From the NCBI GenBank assembly GCA_951406725.2, contig OX597817.1, positions 88,164,001-88,228,000 on the forward strand: DNA of 64,000 nucleotides, in the 5' to 3' direction. The position numbers were made by a program, and so were the translations under genes. The notes beneath the pieces were generated by a model that saw nothing but the letters and a program-made list of their open reading frames with translations, searched no databases and was not told the DNA's origin. Positions within the stretch are counted from its first letter, which is position 1; each line of letters starts with the position of its first letter. Positions 52,440 to 64,000 of the stretch are shown here, in pieces. The stretch comes from Octopus vulgaris. Lineage: Eukaryota.

Positions 52440-53433
52440 ACCTGACGCCAACGTCTTATTACGAGAAGTATGTAATGAAAAAGGTGATGTTGTTCCCTAA
52501 AAAATGTGTCGACATGATGTTAACTAACAATGTATGCCTCAATATTCTCACCTAGAATCCGTTTTAAAATTTCTTTTAAGGCGCAGATGTATGAAGTCAG
52601 AGTAGGAGATTTACAGCGGAAATTTTAGATAGTTTCAATGTGAGAATATTTGGCCTTCGTTGTAATTACGTTGGTAATTTGGCCTCGAGTGTCTTCTCCA
52701 GAGATTAACAAATCGATGTCTGCAGACCTTCAGGATAATGGCGGGTATCTGTTAGGGCCTACTGAGGAATTGAGTTTAATAATATTAATTGCCACAATAA
52801 AGTCCACGGTACTGAAAGCTATGTCAGGATTGATATGTTGGGGATTTATTTCAACGCTACTTAAATCAAGTGCATCAGAATAACTTAAGGCAGTCGTATT
52901 GCTTCTGTAAAATCTCTTCCATAGCGTTTGCATCGTTGTAAAGGATGTTGGGTTCGTCGATCAGTTGACCGTTGGATGAAAAAGTAGCCCTATACTATTT
53001 TTAAATAGTATAGGGCTACTTTAGGACAAATTCATGGAAGACTTTCGGTTTGTCTGATTTTAGGGCAAATGCATAGAAAACTTTAGGTTTATGTCTAAAA
53101 TTTAGCGATAGCTTAGTCTTCCTTACCGGCTTTTTAGTTATTAATGAGAGACCGCATACAGTTCTAGAAGTGTTGTTTGTTCGACTCTAATGTTATTGCT
53201 TTTGAGAGGAAGTTAATTCTCTTTATTTTCCTGATCCATGCCCTCTTTCCCGTACTATCTCTGTAGCCTACTTACATTCGGATATAGGCCCTAATAGATA
53301 CCCACTATTAACCTGAAGGTCTGCAGACATTGATTTGCCAATCTCTGGAGGTGATACTTGGGGCCAAATTACCAACGTAATTTGACTAACAACGAAGGCC
53401 AAATATTCTCACATTGAAACTATTTGAAATTTC
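52440..53433 (-). mobile_element. CR1/L2-group LINE relic (linker and RT start) with a ~145-bp segment repeated in inverted orientation
   Basis: KPKVFYAFA; DIAFSTVDF..KLNSSVGPNRYP; LTSYIC; 52618-52760 mirrored at 53285-53433. Confidence 0.65.
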
Positions 53434-53439
53434 CTTTTG

Positions 53440-53645
53440 TTCAGCTGAATGCACGTCATTGATTGGTTGAAATTACTGAAACACGACAAGTTTAACACGA
53501 AATAACTTCGTAAATATAAACTTTTCTCAAAAATGCTAAGAGTAAAAGATGTTTTATTTGACACATTCTACCAGTGTCCGAAGTTTGAAAGTGTTTGGTT
53601 GCAAAAAATTATTTTCTAAATCTGTCGGTCAAAAGGTAAAGATCC
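53440..53645. mobile_element. GGATC-terminus MITE end
   Basis: Reverse complement of 15646-15850; ends aaaggtaaagatcc. Confidence 0.8.
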
Positions 53646-53659
53646 AGATTTATTTATGA

Positions 53660-53766
53660 GCCCCTTAAAATATTTCCGTGGACGTCCAATTTACAAAGCT
53701 TGTTTGGGCACCCAAACATCTTATATGGACGCCAGTGGTTATATGGACCTCGGTTGAGAACCACTG
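53660..53766. mobile_element. hAT (Charlie-like) MITE end
   Basis: ggttgagaaccactg terminus. Confidence 0.5.
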
Positions 53767-53772
53767 ACGTAG

Positions 53773-54210
53773 AAATTTATTTCCAGCAAGATTGGGGTAC
53801 CCTCACTCTACCACAGTAATGTAAAGGCCTACCTTGCAAACAAGTGGAATGGACGAAGAGCTTCAGTAAAATACTTTTCGTGTTCACCGGACCTCATGCC
53901 ACTAGACTGTTTTTTGTGCAGATTCTTCAAAGATGAAGTTTACGGTACAAAACCGGCAACAGTCGATAATTTGAGGGAACTCACTGAACGAAAATGTGCG
54001 CAAATACCTAACGAAATATTACTTGATATTCGTGGTTTCCTTGCTATGATCATCAGCAGTGCCTGGACCAGAACGATCACCAGTTTGAAAGCATTTCATG
54101 TGAAAATTAAATTCTGTCAATTAATTTTTCAAAAGAAAATCTATATTAATAAGCACTGACTTTATAATCAATTTATTATTTAATGTGTGTTCACATTTTT
54201 TAGAGATCCT
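53773..54210 (+). mobile_element. Tc1/mariner-superfamily transposase C-terminal relic
   Basis: YFQQD; WNGRRAS; SPDLMPLDCFLCRFFKDEVYGTKPATVDNLR. Confidence 0.8.
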
Positions 54211-54230
54211 GCAGATATACATACGACGCG

Positions 54231-54285
<55 letters not shown>

Positions 54286-56189
54286 TGTTGCGCTTAATGC
54301 GGTTGTCACGGTTTTACAGTTGGGATTGGTATTGTTTCCTTTCATATACTATTTACTCCTATCATTATGTCATTATTAAGAGCTCTTTTACGTCACAAAA
54401 TATTGTTTTGATGATCAGATATTAATGGAATTTTTTTTTTTACAGACTTATGTTTCTTCCTTTATGTTGCTGACTCATAAAAATGAACTTGCAGGATAGC
54501 GTTTCTGTCAACAGGTTGTAGTCATTCTATACTTAAATTTTGACAATTAATACACTACGTTCTACATGTATCAGTTTTTGTCTACAATTTCCCCATTAGT
54601 TATGGCCTCGAAGCGGGACAATTTGGCGTTGATATGCGGTTTAAGGGTTTAAAAAATTAAACTAAATTGACCGGACAAGTCCATAATTTCATAAACAGAA
54701 AAGGTGAAATCCCTTAATTTTATTGACAGGGCTTCCTCATTTTGCTGCGTTTGTCCTAAGTATTTCAGAAATAGCAGCCGAAGTATTGTTACATAGAGGT
54801 ATTGTTACATAGCAGCCGTGGTATTTTTACATAGACTTGTTTACTTAAAATTATCGGATGTCACTGCCGTCACATCCAGTCAATTTCACTTCTTTTAAAA
54901 CCCTAAATTTCAAGCCAACCCATTTCTGTTAATCTATATCGAGCGGAAATTTTCCCAACTCTAGCAGTGAGCAGTGCCAATCATTGCTGTATACTGCCGT
55001 CGATTTTTTTTCTTTTGTGGAGAACAATATAGTCCAGCAGGCATGTGTATAAGTGCCTTTTGGGTATAACCTCAAAATGCATCCGACAGTTCCAGGGTTT
55101 TGCAGAGTGTCGAACCAGTATTTAATGACTTTTGTCTCCCGGTCTAATTAGACCCAGAGTAATAGCACCTGCCAGGGTTCCAGCTTTGAAGAAAAATAGC
55201 AAGTGGACCACTAGGAGTGAAGGACCGCTAGTTCTTAGAAATTCCTTCTAGGAGTAGGTAAACTCGTATAGAAAATAAACAACAAAAAACAAAACTGAAG
55301 TGCAGCCGTTTTCTGATCGTCTCAACCTCAGTTGTGCTACTGAAAAGTGAGTTCATTGAAATGAAATAATTTATTCACTCAAAGGAAATTCATTCACCCG
55401 AACTTCTTGGACTCGGAACGTTTGCACGGAGTTTCGGAAGAGGCCCAACCCGATCACGAGCTGACTTCCATTATGTATGCATGTATCTATGTGTGTGCGT
55501 GTGTGCGTATGTATGTATGTATGTATGTATGTATGTATGTGATAAATGGTTGTACAACATGAGTATCACTCACGAGTCTCCGTGATTAGTACCCAGTGAC
55601 CGGCCGAAGCGAGACGACCAGTAATCACGCGAAACCGCAGGTTTTACATTAGAATGTCCCTCCCTAAGAGGATGCTAGGGTCAATTACTGCGCACCCTCG
55701 CACCAACTAAGGGTATTTCTGCGCTCATATACAGTATTATCACATATGCGAGTTAACCCATAGCTGAGACTCAGGCAAATGCTACTACTCCGGGTAAGAG
55801 TTGACCTGACTAAAAGCAGACCTGGCTAAAGGGTGGTTCTACACTCCTCAAAACAATTGAACTCCGGAACCAAAACCACACTACCAGATGCAGTTTAAAG
55901 TCATACTCAGGATAAACATACCCCAATGACGTACAGATCTCTCTTTATGGTGACCTCATTTATCGTTTCATCTAGTGAAGGTCCTAAAGCAATTGGAGAT
56001 CGGTGACGTGTGTAGAACTAACCACTTGAAAGCGTACAGCAAGTTACAACTTTTGTCTCTCACTTTAGCTTCAAACCATGCAACGGATTGAATAGTCTTA
56101 TGAAAGGTCGAGGGCGGAAAGTCAGGAATGTCATTGACAACGAGGGAGCAGAAGGGGACAGTAATCGTCTGTGAAAGTGGAGCAATCAC

Positions 56190-56236
<47 letters not shown>

Positions 56237-56257
56237 ATTACATATATATCATGTATC

Positions 56258-57035
56258 TGTAACGGTTACCATATTTCTCGATATATACAACTATGAGATC
56301 GTGTACACACATACCGGCCGAAATTAACTCTTTTTACCTCGCATACTTCGTAGCAGTCGAGGGTCAACAATTGTAGCGGTTGTTGTTAAGGTGTTGGTTG
56401 CCAGTATGCAAGATAGAAGAAGAACAGTGATTGATGTTGTACAGAGATATTTATTTACCGTTACTGTCCAAAATCACGACGGGTTAGTATGTATAACTAG
56501 TACGTGGAAAAGCATGCAAGTAAAAAAGAGTTAATTTCGACCTATATGTGTACACGATCGCATAGCAGTAATATGCATAGAGAGATATGGTAAAGTTACA
56601 GAGAAAAGAAAGTGAGTTAGTGAAAGTGAGAGTAGTGAGACGAAACAGTTGCTTCGTTGGTGAGTTACCGTAGTTGTCCCTTTGTGCCTTTTCCTTCAGA
56701 CTTGGTCCTCACTTATCGACTTTAGCTTACGGAGTTCTTGTTTTTATAACTATCCAAAACCAGCTTGACGGATAGACATATTGTTGAGAACAATAGATTT
56801 CGTTGGCGGTCTGTTATCTCTATTCTAGCCTTTTGTGGCCTAAAAGGGGTTAGAAGGGTCAAGTGACAAAGACATTATTCTGCTTAGCGAAAGTATCTGG
56901 CAAATGTAACTGCTGTCAGTCACAGAAAAACTATTGTTTTACCGTGAGAAAAGTGATGTTGAAATGTCAAGTGAAATTTGGTGAAATTTGGCTATCGAGG
57001 ATCGAATCCACTCCATGCCTGCATGAACCACTACA
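56258..57035 (-). mobile_element. Solo-LTR-like element family X, 4-bp TSD TATC
   Basis: tatc|tgtaacgg ... ccactaca|tatc; reverse complement of the 19788 and 39500 copies. Confidence 0.9.
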
Positions 57036-57064
57036 TATCTATTACGTAAGTATGTATTATGTAT

Positions 57065-58010
57065 GTATGCCATTTCTTTTTTATTTATTAGTATTCTTTC
57101 TAGGAGGGAGTTGATTTCTGATAAAGAAACGAAAGCCCCATCATTGGAATTGGGATAACAACAACAACAATAATAGTTACTCATCGAACTTTCAGAAAGT
57201 CTTGCAAATTTTTACTGGTCCACTTCAAGATTATGTCATTAAAGTTTGAGTCAAACAATAATTTTCTTTGAAAATCTAGCCTTTTCAGATTGTAGCGTAG
57301 ACATTTACTAACATGATTATTGATATAAATGAAAATTTGTCGTCAGGATAGAGGAGTTGCAGTGTCCATAAATTATTCTACTTCTTATAGATTTTGGAAT
57401 ACATATTCACATCTGCAAGGATGCTAATCTCTATGGGTATGCGCATGTTTGTTCTCTTCTGTTTTTAATTATTTTAATTCTTTCTCTGAGGAAGGTACTG
57501 ATTCCTACCAAAGCACCATCGTTAAACTGGAGTTAACAAAAATAAATCCACATTTTAAACTTGAGAAAAGTCTTGCATATTCTTATTGTTCCAATTCCAT
57601 TGTATTTGTAATGTGTGAGTTGGTTGATTCCTTTTTTCTGAAAACTCTAGCTTATCCAGATTGTCACTTTACTCACAAAAACCAAGCCCACCATTAGTTA
57701 TTGGTATAAATGTGAATTTATAACCTAGATATAGAAACTGGAGATTTCAGAGTAAGTTGTTCATAATTATCCTCTTTCTCATTGATTTTCATGAGATATT
57801 CACATCAGCAGGACAGCTAACCTCTATGACAGTACATAGGTGTCTTTTGTCTGGCTCAAAACAATATGCAGCCTCTTTATGTTTACACTTGACAGATGTT
57901 TTGATGGTAATGTTCCACCAATATTCCTTGTGTTGATGTGTGTGTACGTATTCAATAACAGGGAGATTCACTATATCTATTCCATAATAAACTTTTTTAT
58001 GTAAGTACCT
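57065..58010 (-). mobile_element. R4/Dong-like LINE 3' relic
   Basis: KEYWWNITIKTSVKCKH; VIEVSCPADVNIS; (CATA)-type repeats at both sides. Confidence 0.65.
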
Positions 58011-58212
58011 ACGCATGTATGCATGCATGTATGTATATATGCGTGCCGATAAAGATTATGGTATTAACACTCATACACAAAATCCAGAAGCTACATATGC
58101 TTTTAATATTTAATATCTCTAAGGCAGTGAACAGGTAGAATCATTAACACACCAGTCATAAAATAAATACCTGTTGAGCAAAGGGGTCGATGTAATCGGC
58201 ATAACCCTCTTC

Positions 58213-58414
58213 AGAGGGAGTCTACGCTATGAAATGACTGATCCGTGTTTTGATTAGGACTAGAGTTTTGGGTTAGGGTTAAGATTTAGAGTTAGCGTTA
58301 TGGTTAGGTTAGGATTAGACTGCATGCTAAAGTGTAAATGGTTAGGTAGACTGCACGCTAAAGTAGCACTAACAATACAGTTTACAAAGTAAACTTTACA
58401 TTCATGAATCTCCC
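58213..58414. mobile_element. Small MITE-like element with degenerate TTAGGG repeats
   Basis: gagggagtctac / tgaatctcccc ends; gggttagggttaag.. at 58270-58320. Confidence 0.4.
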
Positions 58415-58878
58415 CATTTTTATAAGTTCTTTGCTTGATGAAATAAAATCTATGAAATGCCTTAGAAAGATTTTCCGACGATGTTCTAAGTGTAGAGTAA
58501 AATACTTGTGCTGGTTAGTTAGTCCGCTTTACAATTCAAGTTCCAATTCTGGTTGGTAAAGGCTGGTAGAGATATCATTCATCTCTACCAACCTCTGCTA
58601 AATTGTACAAGCTTCAGTTTATAAAACGAATAAATTCTCAATTTTTGTTTTTGTTGATGACGGTATAGACATCATCGTCCTTTTCGTCGTTTTCGTTGTC
58701 GTCATCATCATAATCTGCGGCAACGGTGGCAGCAGCGACAGCAGTGCCTTGGTGCTGCTTCGGCTGTACTTTGCTCCTAGTTTTAGCGTGTAGCCAGAGT
58801 CACAAGTTGTAAGTGATGTACCACTGAATGTCAAAGGTTAAGGGCAAATAAGAACAATTGACAATATAAAATAAAAAC

Positions 58879-59075
58879 AACCACCACCATCACAACCACC
58901 ACCAGCACCACCACCACCAGCACCACCAGCACCACCAGCAGCAGCAGCACTACCACCAGCACCACAACCACAACTAGCACCAGCACCAGCACCACCAGCA
59001 CCACCACCAGCACCACCACCAGCACCACCACCAGCACCACCACCAGCACCACTACTACTACTACTACTACTAGTA
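58879..59075. repeat. (CAC/CAG)n-(TAC)n compound microsatellite
   Basis: Direct inspection. Confidence 0.95.
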
Positions 59076-59109
59076 GTCGTTGCAGCATTAATAATAATTA
59101 TAATTTTTA

Positions 59110-59262
59110 TAGTTGGTAGAAGGCATGAAATTTACAGGGTGGAGGTTAGTCGATTGCATCGACCGCAGTGCACATCTGATACCCATTTCATCAATCCATC
59201 CAGGAGGAAAGGCAAAGTCGACCTCGGCGGAATTTGAACTCAGAAGGTAAAGTCGGACGAAA
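59110..59262 (-). mobile_element. SINE family A, partial
   Basis: ggcaaagtcgacctcggcggaatttgaactcagaa. Confidence 0.8.
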
Positions 59263-59324
59263 CATCCTTAAACAGCCCTTATTCAGAGACCTTTTGAGTT
59301 CTCAGGCCTCAAGCTAGCAGTGTT

Positions 59325-59470
59325 TAGGGTCTGAAGATACGCCGTACGGCTAAACCCCTTATGAGCGAGAAACCGAGGGTAACCCCATAAACCGGCCTAC
59401 CCCACTATAATATTAACTGCTCTACATCTTAGAGTGTGCTTCTCCCCCGGATTTATGTATTTCTACAAAT
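59325..59470 (+). mobile_element. Penelope pseudo-LTR fragment with hammerhead-like motif
   Basis: ggt-CTGAAGA (59331)..GAAAC (59369)..acc; actgctctac..tagagtgtgcttctcc shared with 25990-26020. Confidence 0.65.
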
Positions 59471-59620
59471 GATATATACATACTAGCTGAATTATCCGGT
59501 AATACCCGAAAAAGCGGGGTTTATTTCCAGTTCCCATTCCCATTACACTGTTTCATGTCCTATACCGTTCCCTGTTCAGTCCCGTTTTAGTTCCGCTCCC
59601 ATTCGTATCCGCAATCCTAT

Positions 59621-60835
59621 TGTAGGGTAGGATTCATGACAGACGAACTGTTGACAGGAACTTCGTTGCGGGCTAGCTAGGAAGTTGGTAAGCAGCGAAA
59701 GGGACTTCTGGTGGGAGAAGAACAAAAAGAATGTCAGCAGTGAGTGTTAAACGAATCCGAATGAACTAAACAGAAATAACTGGCGATTTAAGCCCTGATG
59801 TATGTAAAGTAATAAGCCTTTGATAAATGTATTCTATCTCCACTAGTTTGTTTGCGTATAGCTTAATAAAGCTATAACTGGTGCTCCAGACGATAGAACA
59901 ACAGTTCTCGCTATCAAAACAAACATGGCAGGCAACAAAACAACACTGAGGTTACTACAATTCTGGCCTAAGAAGGCTGAACTGTGGTTCGCGCAGGTGG
60001 GGGCTCAATTTAATATAAACAAGGTACCTTGTCGATCAAACGAAATACTCGTACATTGTGGCGGCACTAGATGAAGGCACGGCAACGAGGGTGCTAGACA
60101 TATTAACCTATCCCCAACCAACAAAAAATACGCCATATTGAAAGATAGGCTAGTGGATTCATTCCGACGCAGTGAAAGAGAAACGGCAGCCAAGATACTG
60201 GAAGAGGAATTTGGTGAATCTAAGCCTTCGGAACTGATGGACAAAATGTTGGCATTACCCCCCCCCCCCGCGGAGCCACCTTCCTTTTTGTTTAGGGAAA
60301 TATTCCTCTGCAAGTTGCCACTCCAAGTCCAAGCCCTCATAACTCAGACCGAAATCAAGGACCTGCGGCAATTAGCGAAGGCAGCTGATAAACATTTTTT
60401 ATCCAGTGGTGTCATGGTCAACACCATAGGGTCGACCCCGAGACAGGGTAGAGTTAAGTAAGATGACCTTGCTTCTACCACGCAAAGTTCGGGAAAAAGG
60501 CGACAAAGTGCAAACAACCATGTAGCTTCGAGACCCCTTCACCAGTGACCCAGGGAAACTCCAGGGCCGGCCCCCATTGAATGCCCTGGTGGCCGGCAGA
60601 CATGATCAAATGCTCCTCTATGTCCGTGATCGGAGTTCCGGACGCAAGTTCTTAATCGATCCCAGCGTCGGCAAAGGACCTCCGTCACGGAAAGCGGAGC
60701 CAGCCTTTAACAGCCACCAACGGGTCCATGATCGAGGCATACGGTCGTTGCACCCTTTCTCTCAACATTGGCTCACAAAAATACCCATGGGCATTCACCA
60801 TCGCCAATGTCCATCAGCCCATAATCGGTGCAGAC

Positions 60836-60836
<1 letters not shown>
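59621..60836 (+). mobile_element. Ty3/Gypsy 5' portion: LTR (~59621-59877), PBS, gag and start of protease; truncated at (TTA)n
   Basis: tgtagg start, aataaa, PBS-like tggtgctccagacg (59879); ATG 59925 MAGNKTTLRLLQFWPKKAELWFAQV; FGESKPSELMDKM; CFYHAKFGKKATKCKQPC; LYVRDRSSGRKFLID; W.FTIANV.QPIIGAD. Confidence 0.92.
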
Positions 60837-60896
<60 letters not shown>

Positions 60897-60914
60897 CATT
60901 ATTACTATTATTAT

Positions 60915-61049
<135 letters not shown>

Positions 61050-61166
61050 ATGTCGCACGTTCGGATGACTCTACTACTCAACTCTTCTCTCTTCTGCTCC
61101 ACGACTCTCCCTCTATATCTACGTATTGGGCTAGCCTACTTCATCGTATTGGGGCGTCCATACAAC

Positions 61167-61202
<36 letters not shown>

Positions 61203-62699
61203 TATAATTTTAAGCATAATTATAATTAGGGGTCAGCTAATTGCTTCACCACGCCGAATTTAGAAATAGGAGTTAAAATTCCTTTTCTGCTACCGTAAAG
61301 ATCTCCCAAATATTAACACACTTTATTTTTACGTTGGCAAAAAGAAAAAAATAACGAACAAATCAGCTTCGTAAATTTCAATCTTATCCAAACCCATTCC
61401 TTTTTGTTTTTTAACCAAACTGATTGATACAGTAGCTGCAAGGTTTAAGCAGAAAACGAAAGGGAAGTTGTAATGTTCGTATCTCTCCAAAGTGTGATAA
61501 AGGAAGCAGAATCATTTCCTCCGAGAATGAATACTGATACCCCTATTCGGTCGCTCGAATTGCTAAATATTGAAGTTATATATTTTTCCAGTCTCATCTT
61601 ACCGTCTTAAAAATAGCAGGTTATATTATGTAATGTAGTGCTTGATGCAAATTTCAGAGATAGACGTGATAGTCATGGTTGCATTACCTTCAGGCATTAT
61701 CTGCACGGTCAGGCTTGACCTCAACATCCAACTACAACAATATAATAATTGGAACCTTAAGCGGCTAGCCTAGAAGCGATTTTCAAATTTACAGTAACAT
61801 CAATAATATAAGTGAATCGAAGATAGCTTGGAAAATAAATTTTTAAATATATTTTTCATGATAAGTCATTAAAAATGGAAGTGACGTTGATCTACCCCAC
61901 TTGAACGTTTCCGTTCACAATAACTGTATTAACTTTACATACTTTTGAATAATATCGGTTAATAGGACAATGAAGATAGTGATAAGAATTAGGTGAGAAT
62001 TTGCAAAGCTGAAAATTTAGATTAGTTCATTACATTACTTAATACTTACGGAAGTGGTGACAAGTCAATAGCTTCACAAGTGCATTATCTAATATTTACA
62101 ACAGCTTAAATCTTTGTATTTCTTCTCACTTATCAGTCAATGGCAGTTATTTACTTTTCCTTTTTCAGTTGTTGTCGGCCTTAGAACACAGCTGTATATC
62201 TAATTGTTTTATTGTTTGACATTTTTCTCTCTCTTTCTTTTACTCTGACCGACATTATATTTTCTAATCTGCCTTCAGTAATATTATGTCTGAATTTGGA
62301 TAAATAATACGTTCCGTTGTTAAAATTGAGGTTCATCACATCTTCGCGACTAAAACTTTGTTCACAGCACTTACTAGGCAATAGGGGCGATGTGTTACGA
62401 GGCATTTATTCACTTAACAAGCAATATACACCATATCTCGATAGCACACTATTGCTGCGTTGCACGTAAAATTTCGTCTTGAAATTATTGTCTGTTGATA
62501 CTCTTTTTTTTATATGTTTTTAATGTTTTTTTTATATTCAGGGATGTTGTCTAATGAACTTTAGCCTTTACCCTATCCTTTTGGTGATGTTATTGCAATT
62601 AGGTATACAGTTAAGATGATGCTATTGCTCTTAGCAGTTTGCTCATTTTTGTTTTCAACCAACAGAATGCAAAATGTCTCTTTTCGAAGAGGCTTTTTG

Positions 62700-62990
62700 C
62701 ATTCTGTTGGCTGACCGACGAGGTGAAATTTTTGCAACAAGAGTAGTTAACCCTTGAAGTATTTTTGTAGAATAGTCTACACTATCTGTGCTCCCAGGGG
62801 AAAATGTCTCGATATGTTTATGAAGTCCGTAGCTATATTAGTCTTTACAATCATAATGAATGTCGGCTTAGACCACGAAGTTTTCTTTGTTCTACTTCTA
62901 CGAGATCGCCTTCACGTAATGGTTTTTGTCTAGTTTTCTTATAGAAGACAGGTTTATAACGACTGTCTTCACCAAGATACAACGCTTCGC
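62700..62990 (-). mobile_element. Penelope-like RT/endonuclease linker relic
   Basis: RTKKTSWSKPTF.MIVKTNIATDF..RHFP..VNYSCCKNF (cf. IWFNPPY..VKTNIG..KHFP..VSYSC). Confidence 0.55.
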
Positions 62991-63418
62991 TTTAATCAAT
63001 TTTAAGTAAAATGGAAATAAAATTCTCGCTGTTGTTCTAAAAGTTCACTTCCATCTGAAGACTGATTATGTGAAACTTGGAGTTAACAATCTGAGAAGTT
63101 TTTCAGCTTTAATAAAACGCAATATTAAATTCTACCTTCGATATTCGAGTACTATTTTTCTCACCTTGTTTTTGCACCTATGAGCTTCTCCATATATATA
63201 TATATATATATATATAACTTCTCTTTCGCGCGCTCTCTCTTACTTTCTCTCATCCACTCACACACATACAGATACACGCACCCATGATTACAACCATTAT
63301 TTGCAATCGGCGTGACTTGGTCGCATGCACAATGCATTTGCTAAAAATTTTGATTGTCTTTGTAATCGTGAGCAGAGCATGACGCCATTTCAGCCATGTG
63401 TGCGCGCGCGAGTATGAA

Positions 63419-63459
<41 letters not shown>

Positions 63460-64000
63460 CAGACAGACAGACTGATAGACAGACGGACAGACAAAGACAG
63501 ACAGCGAAAAAAAGGAGAGAGATGACGGGGAAGACAGAACCTTAAAATCTCTGTGGAATCAACATGGCAACAAAATTAAAAATCTCATTTCGTCAAACTC
63601 CAGGATACGACACCACTGCGTGACAGGTGCGCTCGGTTCAACCTAAGACTTTTGAATGAAAGTGGGTGAGTGGAAACTATGTGGAAGCCCATGGGATGGA
63701 ATTTACTTGTTTAAGTTAAAGGTCGACATGTGAATTACTTTAAGAATACATGCATCTGTGGAATACTCAGCCAATTATATGCTAATTCAATGAGTATGTT
63801 TTTTTCAATTGATGGAAAACTTATCGTCGAAACTGGCGGAGCGCCATTCCTTGTTTACATTCAGAAAAAACATGGAGAGATTCACATTTGAACCGCGTCG
63901 ATAGAATATTGTGAAAGGTTTGGTGCTGTTATTGTGTGTGGACTGTTCCAAACTGTCGATGAGGTTTGTACTCTCAACTTCAAATTTCGCTTCTCATCGA

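Overview
Eukaryotic, AT-rich, microsatellite-saturated non-coding DNA. The SINE families and repeat landscape look like a coleoid cephalopod, probably Octopus; this is an inference from recalled repeat families, not a database match. I found no intact host protein-coding gene, rRNA, genuine tRNA or CRISPR array, and most ORF-track entries are translations of microsatellites. The window is a layered graveyard of decayed mobile elements: two Ty3/Gypsy remnants plus a solo-LTR family, R4/Dong-like, RTE, CR1/L2-like and Tx1-like LINEs, Penelope-like relics with hammerhead-ribozyme-like motifs, a full-length but broken IR/DR Tc1 transposon, mariner/pogo/hAT MITEs, non-autonomous Helitrons, and two tRNA-derived SINE families. 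The most interesting observations are: (1) a SINE and its likely partner LINE share a 3' tail whose hairpin covaries; (2) LTRs appear to have absorbed their own primer-binding sites; (3) local inverted duplications and hairpins recur at several scales; (4) a divergent tandem duplication preserves empty and filled insertion sites; (5) restriction-like-endonuclease LINEs sit in microsatellites. Boundaries of degenerate elements are approximate unless a TSD or TIR is quoted.
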